NCBI RefSeq assembly: GCF_005696695.1
Contig: NZ_CP040006.1
Span: 420,001 to 452,000, forward strand
Source: Schaalia odontolytica
GTDB taxonomy: Bacteria > Actinomycetota > Actinomycetes > Actinomycetales > Actinomycetaceae
Reading direction: 5' to 3'
Length of the DNA stretch: 32,000 bases
The notes under the pieces are model-generated. The model searched no databases and had not been told where the DNA came from. It saw nothing but the letters and a program-made list of their open reading frames with translations. The translations under genes and the position numbers were made by a program. Shown here piece after piece: positions 1 through 7,158 of the stretch (within the stretch, counting starts at the first letter, position 1; each line of letters starts with the position of its first letter).

Positions 1-1
1 G

Positions 2-982
2 ACACTGGGGTACCAGGCCGCCGCCTCCGCGTACATGATCCTTGCGACTGCCATCCGTGACCCGAAGAAACGAGGCCTCTACGTCGGCCTCATGTGCGCG
101 GCCTTCCAGGGCGGCACCGCAATCGGCATGCTGGCCGGCGGTATCCTCGCCGACATCAACTGGGCTCTGCTCCTCCTCATTCCCCTGGGTGGCCTCGCCT
201 GCTTGCCGATCATGGGGCGTCGCGTCCCCGCGCGCGCCCGCGCCGGGCGCGTCGACGTTGTCGGCCTCGCGATTTTCTCCTCCCTGGCCCTGCTGCTCAC
301 CCTGGTCGCCGCGAACCCGCACTGGTGGCTCATCGCGGGCCTCATCCTCGGCGGCTTCCTCTTCTGGCGCTACATCGGGCGTGCGCGCGCCCCCTTCATT
401 ACGCGTTCCTTCTTCACGAACGTGCCGTGGGCGCGCTCGATCAGCCTCATCCTGATCGTCTACTGCATGAACTTCACGGTCGCGCCCCTCATGAACGGCA
501 TCGGCGCCGCCAACTACGGGCTCACGCCCGCGCAGGTCTCCGTGCGCCTGCTGCCCGCCTACTGCGTCGCCCTGGCCACCGCCATGACGTCGGGCGCAGC
601 CATGTCGCGCATCGGGCGCGGCCGTACCGTGCGCGCGTGCGTCAGCCTCATCCTCACGGGTACCGTCCTTATCGCGCTGTGCATGAGCATGGGCCCGTGG
701 GTCATCACCGCCGCCATGTGCTTCATCTACGCGGGCTTCGGCGCCCTGTTCACGCCCATCTACGACACCGTGTTCGCGACCGTCGCTCCGGGCCAGAACG
801 GGCGCGCCGTCGCCATGAACGACCTCGCCATGCAGGGCAGTGCCGCGATCGGCATCGGCGTGTTCACGCCGATGCTCGCCTCGGGTGCCTTCCGGGCCAT
901 AGCCCTCATCTGCGTCGTCGCGGCAGCGACCGGCATCGCCGGCGACTGGCTGCACGAATACCTGTACCGCCGCGGGCGCTGA
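2..982 (+). CDS. MFS-type transporter, C-terminal ~325 codons (5' end lies upstream of the window)
   Basis: The frame of ORF 35..982 stays open back to nt 2. The translation is a series of G/A/L/I-rich hydrophobic helices separated by short R/K loops (GLYVGLMCAAFQGGTAIGMLAGGILA, WWLIAGLILGGFLFWRYIGR). Codon usage is backbone-like and GC3-rich. Confidence 0.7.
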   Translation, partial: TLGYQAAASAYMILATAIRDPKKRGLYVGLMCAAFQGGTAIGMLAGGILADINWALLLLIPLGGLACLPIMGRRVPARARAGRVDVVGLAIFSSLALLLTLVAANPHWWLIAGLILGGFLFWRYIGRARAPFITRSFFTNVPWARSISLILIVYCMNFTVAPLMNGIGAANYGLTPAQVSVRLLPAYCVALATAMTSGAAMSRIGRGRTVRACVSLILTGTVLIALCMSMGPWVITAAMCFIYAGFGALFTPIYDTVFATVAPGQNGRAVAMNDLAMQGSAAIGIGVFTPMLASGAFRAIALICVVAAATGIAGDWLHEYLYRRGR

Positions 983-1005
983 CGGCAGGGGAGCGCAGAG
1001 CAGCA

Positions 1006-1044
1006 CCGGCCTCGTTTTTAGGACAGGAGCAGCGCGAGCACGCG
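1006..1044. repeat. Left copy of a 39-nt imperfect direct repeat; orphan duplicate of the menA 3' terminus
   Basis: ccggcctcgtttttaggacaggagcagcgcgagcacgcg aligns without gaps to 4681-4719 (28 of the first 33 nt identical by hand). The minus strand reads ..RVLALLLS-stop versus the genuine menA end ..AALALVLS-stop, but no menA body adjoins it. Confidence 0.7.
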
Positions 1045-1059
1045 TGGTCGTGATGCCTG

Positions 1060-1683
1060 TCAGGTCGTGGGGGTAGGGATGAGCCAGTCGGGCCGGCGGC
1101 CCGGGATGTCGGCGAGCTGCTGAGGGTCGTCCGTTGATCCATCGGAGCTGAGCAATTCGGTCCCGTAGTCGAAGGAAGAACGCTTGGAGTCACGGATGTA
1201 GGCGCTGGCGCTAATCCCGTAGGTGGGGTTCCGTGCGATGATCCAAGTTAATTTTCCTTCGTTGTCTGTCATTTGTTCGTCCACCGTGACGGTGAAGCCG
1301 AGAGGGATCAGATGACTTTCAAACGCCGTCCGTACCTTGTCGACATTGTCTTCAAGAAAATAAATGGTTGGGGAATTGAGGATGTAGAGTGTTTGATCTC
1401 CCGTTGGTTGGCTGGAAATCCCATCTTCTCCATGGCGCAGCTCAAAGTTGTTCTCGTTGATGAGCTCGTTGCGTACCTGGATCAGGGTCGGCTCGATATC
1501 GCGTCCAAAGTCCTCGATGGAGTGCATCTGTCCTGCCTGCTGAAGCTGCTCAGCATGCCATGGATTCATCCCCGGAGTACCACCGAAGTACTCCGCGCAC
1601 GAGGCCGTGCACAGCGCCAGGAGGGCGCAGGCGAGGAACGCGAGAGGACGTGCTCCCCGGAGATCGGTTGCTCGTTGCATCAT
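1060..1683 (-). CDS. Lipoprotein paralog 1 (207 aa, most divergent copy); candidate immunity protein
   Basis: Signal peptide plus lipobox-like LLALCTASC. It shares FGG, PLGF and the C-terminal SDGS.DDP..L.D.PGR.PDW motifs with the two upstream paralogs. Its start overlaps the upstream stop (ATGA). Confidence 0.8.
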   Translation of the reverse strand: MMQRATDLRGARPLAFLACALLALCTASCAEYFGGTPGMNPWHAEQLQQAGQMHSIEDFGRDIEPTLIQVRNELINENNFELRHGEDGISSQPTGDQTLYILNSPTIYFLEDNVDKVRTAFESHLIPLGFTVTVDEQMTDNEGKLTWIIARNPTYGISASAYIRDSKRSSFDYGTELLSSDGSTDDPQQLADIPGRRPDWLIPTPTT

Positions 1684-2285
1684 CCCTGTCCTGAGGGCGG
1701 AAGGTTGGGGTCAAACCAGTCGGGGATGCGCCCGGGCTGGTCGATCAGCTGCTTGGGATCACCGTTGGATCCATCCGAGGGTGTGCCCTGTGTGTAGTAG
1801 TAGGTGGAGGTTTGCTCACCGAGCCGTGTCGTCGCCGAGACGACGGCCTGGTACTCCTCGTTGATCCATAGGTAGTCAACGATCTCAACTCCGTTGGACG
1901 TCCAGCGGTCTTCGGATAGCTCGAATCCGAGGGGGAGGAGACGTGCGCTGTAGGTGTCGCGGATGAGGTCGGTGTCCAGCTCGGTAAAGAAGAACATACG
2001 CGAATGGAAGGAATATAGGGTCTTTCCGTCCTCCATGTAGCGAGCGATGGAGTAGTTGTTCTTGTACGCCATGAAGTTCTCGGCTGTGACGAGCTCGTTG
2101 CGGGCGGCGATGATGGTGGGCTCGAGGTCACGTTGGAAAGCCTCGACGGATTTAACCTGGGGGCTAAGCGGACTCATGGATCCTCCAAAAAACGGTGCGC
2201 ACGAGGCCGTGCACAGCGCCAGGAGGGCGCAGGCGAGGAAGGTGAGAGGTCGTGCTCGTCGGTGTGCCGGTGCCTGCTGTGTCAT
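1680..2285 (-). CDS. Lipoprotein paralog 2 (201 aa); candidate immunity protein
   Basis: Signal peptide with LLALCTASC. It shares an identical 30-residue block PQVKSVEAFQRDLEPTIIAARNELVTAENF with paralog 3. ATGA overlaps at both ends. Confidence 0.85.
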   Translation of the reverse strand: MTQQAPAHRRARPLTFLACALLALCTASCAPFFGGSMSPLSPQVKSVEAFQRDLEPTIIAARNELVTAENFMAYKNNYSIARYMEDGKTLYSFHSRMFFFTELDTDLIRDTYSARLLPLGFELSEDRWTSNGVEIVDYLWINEEYQAVVSATTRLGEQTSTYYYTQGTPSDGSNGDPKQLIDQPGRIPDWFDPNLPPSGQG

Positions 2286-2860
2286 TTCTGATCTGCTGGA
2301 GGGAGGTTGGGGTCGAACCAGTCGGGGGTGCGCCCGGGCTGGTTGATCATCTTCATGGGATCACCGTTGGATCCGTCCGAGGGGGTGCCGACCGTGTAGT
2401 AGCGGGTAGAGGTTTGCTCGCCGAGACGTGACGTTGACACTACGGCAGCGTGGTACTCCTCGTTGGTCCAGAGGAGCTGGACAATATCCACCCCGTTGGA
2501 GGTCCATCGTTCCTCGGTTAGCTCGAATCCGAGGGGGAGGAGGTGCTTGTTGTAGGTGTCGCGGATATGGTCCGTATCCAGGTCGCTAAAGTAATACAGG
2601 CGAGTGTGGACGGAATACTGCGGGCCCTCGGCGGACCTGAAACTGTCGATGAAGTCTCCGTTTACGTAGGCAATGAAGTTCTCGGCGGTGACGAGCTCGT
2701 TGCGCGCGGCAATGATGGTGGGCTCGAGGTCGCGCTGGAAAGCCTCGACGGACTTTACCTGGGGGGCGGGTGACTGCATGAGTCCTCCAAAAAACGGTGC
2801 ACATGCTGCGCACAAGATGAGTGACAAAAACGTGAGAGGGATCGCGACGAGCTTTCTCAT
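2282..2860 (-). CDS. Lipoprotein paralog 3 (192 aa); candidate immunity protein
   Basis: Signal peptide with LSLILCAAC lipobox-like motif. Closely related to paralog 2. Its start overlaps the hydrolase stop (ATGA at 2857-2860). Confidence 0.85.
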   Translation of the reverse strand: MRKLVAIPLTFLSLILCAACAPFFGGLMQSPAPQVKSVEAFQRDLEPTIIAARNELVTAENFIAYVNGDFIDSFRSAEGPQYSVHTRLYYFSDLDTDHIRDTYNKHLLPLGFELTEERWTSNGVDIVQLLWTNEEYHAAVVSTSRLGEQTSTRYYTVGTPSDGSNGDPMKMINQPGRTPDWFDPNLPPADQK

Positions 2861-4509
2861 ACCTTCGGATTCCCTCCGATGACGCTAGCAATGTGCTTAT
2901 TCGCCTCGGTACCTTTCTTGAAATAAGCGCTATGTAGACCGAATGGGTCTGGATAGCGAACATCCCAGTCGTACCCAGGTACTTTTTTCCATACGATGGG
3001 GCCGACATCGCCCGAGAGATGCTTGTACCCGTCCATTTCTGTGGGGTTCTTTCCAAACATTACGTCTGGGCCGACACCTTGGACCATGTCGTTCACATAA
3101 GGGGCTGCACTGACGTACATGTGTCCTTCGGGAACGTGGAACTCGCCCACGTTCTGGACACCCGAGCCGGGCGAGCCGAATTGAACCAGGTCGTCGATGA
3201 CGCCGTCGCCGACAAGCGTTGCCGCTATACCAGCGGTGGTTGAGCCGTAGGAGTGGCTGGCGACAGTGATGTGTGCGTCGCCGGCCCCGTGCTCGCGCAC
3301 TGCGTCGATGCCGTTCAGGAAACTGGCGAGCTTGTGTGCGCCAAAGGTGGCCATCACGGTATTTGATGCTTCCACCACAGATGGGGGAGCGTCGTATCCA
3401 AAGAACTCGACCATCGCGACCTTTTCGCCAGGATTTGCTGCGTCTTTCGCTGCTTCTCGCATGACCGTAGCGTGACCGTCGTAATCGAGGATAGAGCCAC
3501 CTTCACTGTTACCTGCGACGCTGGTCGTCATACCGGGGACGATCACGCCGATGTGGTCGGCATCGTCGGGGTTATTCTGGGAAATTGCCGCGAGGACATT
3601 CGCTCCGGAGGTGTCGAGGGACATGAGGTAGCGGGGTACCCCGTCGCTGTCCTCCTTCGCCAGCGTATTTTCGATCTGCCTAATTGCGTGAACACGATTG
3701 CGGAGTCGATCCATCTCCGCGCGTTGCTCCTCTGTTGGGTTAGGACCGAGAGTCTGTTCGTAGCGTGCTGCTTCTCTCGTAACTTCCTTGCGGCGGATGG
3801 GCAGCATGATGCGATTTGCTTGATTGCGCGACGTGTAGTCGACGCCCTCGAGGTTGCCGATGACGTCCGGATGATGGTTGATCATCCACTGCTTGTCGTC
3901 GTCGGACAGGGAACTCCACCAGGATGCGACTTCCTGTGCAGAGGCTCCGGCAGGGGGAAGCGTGGGAGGTGCCTTGAGTCTGGCGGAGTAATTCACACCA
4001 TTATCGAACGTCCCTGCGCTCAGGGATGAGATCTTCTGCGAGAGAGAGTCGACGAGATCCTGAGCTTGCTTCAGTGCTTTGTTTACTCGCCGCTGTATCC
4101 GCTCCACCATCTGCGGAATTTCATCGAAGCCGTGCCCTTCCTTCATGAGCTGCTTGACTTGACCCCTATCTATTGACACGTTGCCAACTGAATCGATGGT
4201 CATGTGCCATGTGTTAGCCAGTTGCAGAGCATCCTCAACGTTCGCTCGAACCTCGTTGATTCCCTGTGCTCCAGCGCTGCAGATCTCGGCAATGCTGATC
4301 AGGTTATTCACTTTCAGTTCGATGGCTGAAAGCTGCTTGTTTAAGGCTTCCTGCGCCGCCTGAGCGGTTTGTCCAGAGCTGATCAGGCCTCCGACATTGG
4401 TCGCAAGAAAATCAGCTGCTGACTGCATTTGGCGCTGCTTGTGCTCACAACTGACCGCGTAACGTTGAAGCGGCGCCGACTCCCATTGCTGAATGTCTGC
4501 CCAGTTCAT
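2857..4509 (-). CDS. 550-aa two-domain protein: N-terminal ~190-aa helical domain with no signal peptide, plus C-terminal alpha/beta-hydrolase (Pfam PF06259/DUF1023-like from memory); candidate secreted lipase/esterase effector
   Basis: Nucleophile elbow HITVASHSYGSTTAG (GxSxG-type). Candidate acid in DDLVQFGSPG and His in FGLHSAYF near the C-terminus. The central WWSSLSDDDKQWMINHHPDVIGNLEGVDYTSRNQANR block is typical of that family as I recall it. The N-terminus is A/Q/L/E-rich with no hydrophobic leader. Confidence 0.8.
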   Translation of the reverse strand: MNWADIQQWESAPLQRYAVSCEHKQRQMQSAADFLATNVGGLISSGQTAQAAQEALNKQLSAIELKVNNLISIAEICSAGAQGINEVRANVEDALQLANTWHMTIDSVGNVSIDRGQVKQLMKEGHGFDEIPQMVERIQRRVNKALKQAQDLVDSLSQKISSLSAGTFDNGVNYSARLKAPPTLPPAGASAQEVASWWSSLSDDDKQWMINHHPDVIGNLEGVDYTSRNQANRIMLPIRRKEVTREAARYEQTLGPNPTEEQRAEMDRLRNRVHAIRQIENTLAKEDSDGVPRYLMSLDTSGANVLAAISQNNPDDADHIGVIVPGMTTSVAGNSEGGSILDYDGHATVMREAAKDAANPGEKVAMVEFFGYDAPPSVVEASNTVMATFGAHKLASFLNGIDAVREHGAGDAHITVASHSYGSTTAGIAATLVGDGVIDDLVQFGSPGSGVQNVGEFHVPEGHMYVSAAPYVNDMVQGVGPDVMFGKNPTEMDGYKHLSGDVGPIVWKKVPGYDWDVRYPDPFGLHSAYFKKGTEANKHIASVIGGNPKV

Positions 4510-4583
4510 GGCTGGATCACCGAACCCAGGGCGACCGTGCCCATGGGGGCGTGCACGCCCGGCGTGTAGGAATCATTGCTCAT
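4506..4583 (-). CDS. Possible 25-codon leader/partner ORF (MSNDSYTPGVHAPMGTVALGSVIQP)
   Basis: ATG at 4581-4583 (minus) is preceded by GGAGG with a 6-nt spacer. Its TGA overlaps the ATG of the 550-aa gene (ATGA), and that gene has no recognisable SD of its own. Confidence 0.35.
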   Translation of the reverse strand: MSNDSYTPGVHAPMGTVALGSVIQP

Positions 4584-4680
4584 CGTGGCCTCCGCTAAAC
4601 GGTGAGTAGTGTTGTAGGTCATCCTATCTGACAGGTGGTCGTTTTTCACTACTCGGGGAGGACTTGTGAACGGCGGGACC

Positions 4681-4719
4681 CCGGCCTCGTTCCTAGGAGA
4701 GGACCAGTGCGAGTGCAGC
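4681..4719. repeat. Right copy of the 39-nt direct repeat (genuine menA 3' end plus 12 nt downstream)
   Basis: ccggcctcgttcctaggagaggaccagtgcgagtgcagc; see the left copy at 1006-1044. Confidence 0.7.
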
Positions 4720-5586
4720 CAACAGCGCCCACGCCAGGGTGAAGAACCCCGTGTTGCGCAGCACCGTGATGAGGTCGCGGCCCGAGGCGCCGGTAAGGAC
4801 CGGGAGGCTCACGCCGGCCGCCCACGCTCCCGCGCCCACGCCCAGCGCGATCGTCGCCAGGGGGTGCAGTCGGACCGCGATGCCCAGCACGATGATCAAC
4901 GCGACGGGAAGCCACGCGCACGCCGCAAACGCCCAGCGCGACGGGCGTTCGCCCAGGCGCACGGCCGCCGTCATCTTGCCTGACTCGCGGTCCGTCGGAA
5001 TATCTCGGATGTTATTGGCCATCAGCAGCGCCACCGATAGCAGGCCCAGCGCCGACGCGCTCATCCACAGCCACCACGGAGCCGACTGCACCTGCGTCCA
5101 CGCCGTGCCCACGCACGCGAGGAGGCCGAAGAACACGAAGACCATCAGCTCGGACAGGCCGATGCCCATGTACGCATATGGGTGCTTACCGCCCGTGTAG
5201 AACCACGCGGCCACGACCGCCGCGGCACCCGCAGCGATCAGCCACCAGGTGCCCGACACGGCAACCAGGGCGAGGCCCGCGACCCCGGCCACCGCGAACG
5301 ACCCCAGCGCGGCCGCCAGGACTGTCTTCGGCTTGGCGAGGCCGCCGCCCGTCAGGCGCGCAGGCCCCTTGCGGTTGTCGTCCGTGCCGCGAATGCCATC
5401 CGAATAGTCGTTCGCGTAATTGACCCCCACCTGCAGGGCCAGCGCCACCAGCAGCGCCAGGGCAGCGCGCGCCGCGCTGAAACCCCCCAGGTAGTGCGCG
5501 GCCGCAGACCCCACAATCACGGGCGCGGCGGCGGCAGGGAGGGTGCGCAGGCGAGCGCCTTCAATCCAGTCAGAAACGGAAGCCAT
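4693..5586 (-). CDS. menA: 1,4-dihydroxy-2-naphthoate polyprenyltransferase
   Basis: UbiA-type polytopic membrane protein. MASVSDWIEGARLRTLPAAAAPVIVG, NDYSDGIRGTDD and NNIRDIPTDRESGK match the two Asp-rich prenyltransferase motifs. Start chosen at the internal Met (5584-5586); the ORF-track N-terminal extension is Arg-rich junk. Confidence 0.88.
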   Translation of the reverse strand: MASVSDWIEGARLRTLPAAAAPVIVGSAAAHYLGGFSAARAALALLVALALQVGVNYANDYSDGIRGTDDNRKGPARLTGGGLAKPKTVLAAALGSFAVAGVAGLALVAVSGTWWLIAAGAAAVVAAWFYTGGKHPYAYMGIGLSELMVFVFFGLLACVGTAWTQVQSAPWWLWMSASALGLLSVALLMANNIRDIPTDRESGKMTAAVRLGERPSRWAFAACAWLPVALIIVLGIAVRLHPLATIALGVGAGAWAAGVSLPVLTGASGRDLITVLRNTGFFTLAWALLAALALVLS

Positions 5587-5629
5587 GCCCACCAGTGTAG
5601 TTGGAGCGGGCGCGGGTCCGGGCAGCGGG

Positions 5630-6952
5630 TTAGCGCACCCACTCCCGCTCGGTGCCCGAGGCCTCGGCCGCAGCCTGCGCGGCGGCGGCGCGATCGATCT
5701 TGTCGAAGCCCAGGTAGGGGAGGGACTCGACGGCCACAATCCGGCGAGGAGCCTGCGCGCGCCCGATGTGCGCCGCCGCGTGCTCGCGAATCGCCGAGCC
5801 GAGCTCCGCCATCTCCAGCGAATCCGACGGCATCTGATCAACAACCACGAGCGCGGTCACCACGTGGCCCCACTTCTCGTCCGGGGTGCCCAAAATCCAC
5901 GCGTCCGACACGCCCTCGAAGGAACGCACCGCGCGGCGCACCGGCCCCGGCGCGATCGACAGGCCGCCCGAGACGATCACGTCGTCCGCGCGGCCGCGCA
6001 CCTCCACCGTCCCCGAAGCCCGGATAATGCCCAGGTCCCCGGTGAGCAGCCAACGGTGGCCGCCCTCGTCGAAGAAGGGACTCTCCGCGTCCAGGTAGCG
6101 CGTCATGAGCGTCGGGCCGTGGATCGCCAGGCGCGTGCGCCCGTCCCAATCCACCGCGCGCACCGACGTGCCCGGCAGGGGCTTGCCGTCGTACACGCAG
6201 CCGCCCGCCGTCTCCGTCATGCCGTAGGTAAGGCGCACCTTCAGGCCAGCCTCGGTGGCGCGTGCGAGCAACTGCTGGTTGGTCGCCGCCCCACCCACGA
6301 GGATCGCCGCCAGCGAGCGCATCGGGCCCACGACCTCCTCGCCAGCGTCGAGGCACTGGGCGAGCTGGGTGGGCACGAGCGACAGGTAGCCGGGCATGTC
6401 GTCCTGTGTGGCGCCCTGAATCGCAGGCAGGAGAGCGCGGGGGTCAAATCCCTCGGAGGTGTCGACGATCTGCGGGTTCGTCTCCGCGACGGCCGCGCGC
6501 AGCAGGGTCATCGCGCCCGCGATGTGGTGCGCCGGCATCGCCAGGATCCAACGTCCCGGGCCATCCAGGGCCAGCTCGGTCGCCTTCGCCGAGGCCATGA
6601 GCGCCTCGATCGACAGGCCAACGAGGCGCGGGCTGCCCGCGCTCGACCCCGACGTCGGGACGACCAGGTCAATACCGTCGAAGAAATTCGGGTCCGCGTT
6701 GATCGCCTCGGCGAGGCCGGGGTAGCGATCCTCCGGGAAAGCCTCCTCGGGCGTCACCGCGGAGCCGCGCAGCGTCGCCGGGGGCACATCCTCCGGGGCG
6801 CGCAGGACGACAACCGTGTGCGGCGCCGGATGATTGGGGTCCGCCTGGCGCTCCTCGTACAGCTCAACGAGCTTGTGGATCGACGCATTCGCCAGGGCGA
6901 CAGCGCCAATAGCGGTGCCTCCGGGCACAACAAGAAGTCGCGGCGCAGCCAT
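5630..6952 (-). CDS. menE: o-succinylbenzoate-CoA ligase (adenylate-forming enzyme)
   Basis: AMP-binding family motifs (TSGSSGSPRLV, YGMTET, TGDLG). Lies directly upstream of menA on the same strand. Start at 6950-6952 is preceded by GGGAGG with a 6-nt spacer. Confidence 0.85.
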   Translation of the reverse strand: MAAPRLLVVPGGTAIGAVALANASIHKLVELYEERQADPNHPAPHTVVVLRAPEDVPPATLRGSAVTPEEAFPEDRYPGLAEAINADPNFFDGIDLVVPTSGSSAGSPRLVGLSIEALMASAKATELALDGPGRWILAMPAHHIAGAMTLLRAAVAETNPQIVDTSEGFDPRALLPAIQGATQDDMPGYLSLVPTQLAQCLDAGEEVVGPMRSLAAILVGGAATNQQLLARATEAGLKVRLTYGMTETAGGCVYDGKPLPGTSVRAVDWDGRTRLAIHGPTLMTRYLDAESPFFDEGGHRWLLTGDLGIIRASGTVEVRGRADDVIVSGGLSIAPGPVRRAVRSFEGVSDAWILGTPDEKWGHVVTALVVVDQMPSDSLEMAELGSAIREHAAAHIGRAQAPRRIVAVESLPYLGFDKIDRAAAAQAAAEASGTEREWVR

Positions 6953-7158
6953 GATGAGCCTCCCAAAGTCGACGGCGAACGCATATACAACCAGGATAAA
7001 GGCTTGCGTTCTCGCAGGTGGTGAAGGGAGTCGCGGCAATAATCACGTTTGTCGGTTGAAACGGCGAGATTGCGCCTATTTCCCTGTGGCAGATAACGCA
7101 GCTGAAAATTCAACGGAATTTTCGCGCGGGCATGCATGAGGTTATACGATAGAAAACG

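Larger units (their letters stand above)
1045..4680 (-). other. AT-richer genomic islet (cargo only, no mobility gene) between the two repeat copies
   Basis: All genes are on one strand with 4-nt ATGA overlaps. Hand GC counts: 28/60 at 4141-4200 versus 46/60 at 5221-5280 in the neighbouring menA. The islet is flanked by the 39-nt direct repeats. Confidence 0.6.

Noticed and set aside
1060-2860. Assigning the three lipoproteins to the mycobacterial LppA family.
   Set aside because: The only resemblance I can recall is overall size and a Pro-rich C-terminal ..P.W..P..T-type ending. That is too vague without an HMM search.
1045-4680. Calling cassette 1 an integrative mobile element, prophage remnant or transposon.
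   Set aside because: No integrase, transposase, terminal inverted repeats or tRNA target were found. Only the flanking direct repeat and the compositional shift support horizontal origin, so it is reported as an islet rather than a defined mobile element.
4584-4692. Promoter of the hydrolase operon and an intrinsic terminator for menA in the 109-nt gap.
   Set aside because: Only weak -35/-10 look-alikes (TGAAAA..TAGGAT) and a 5-bp cgggg/ccccg stem without a T-tract are present. This is not good enough to annotate.
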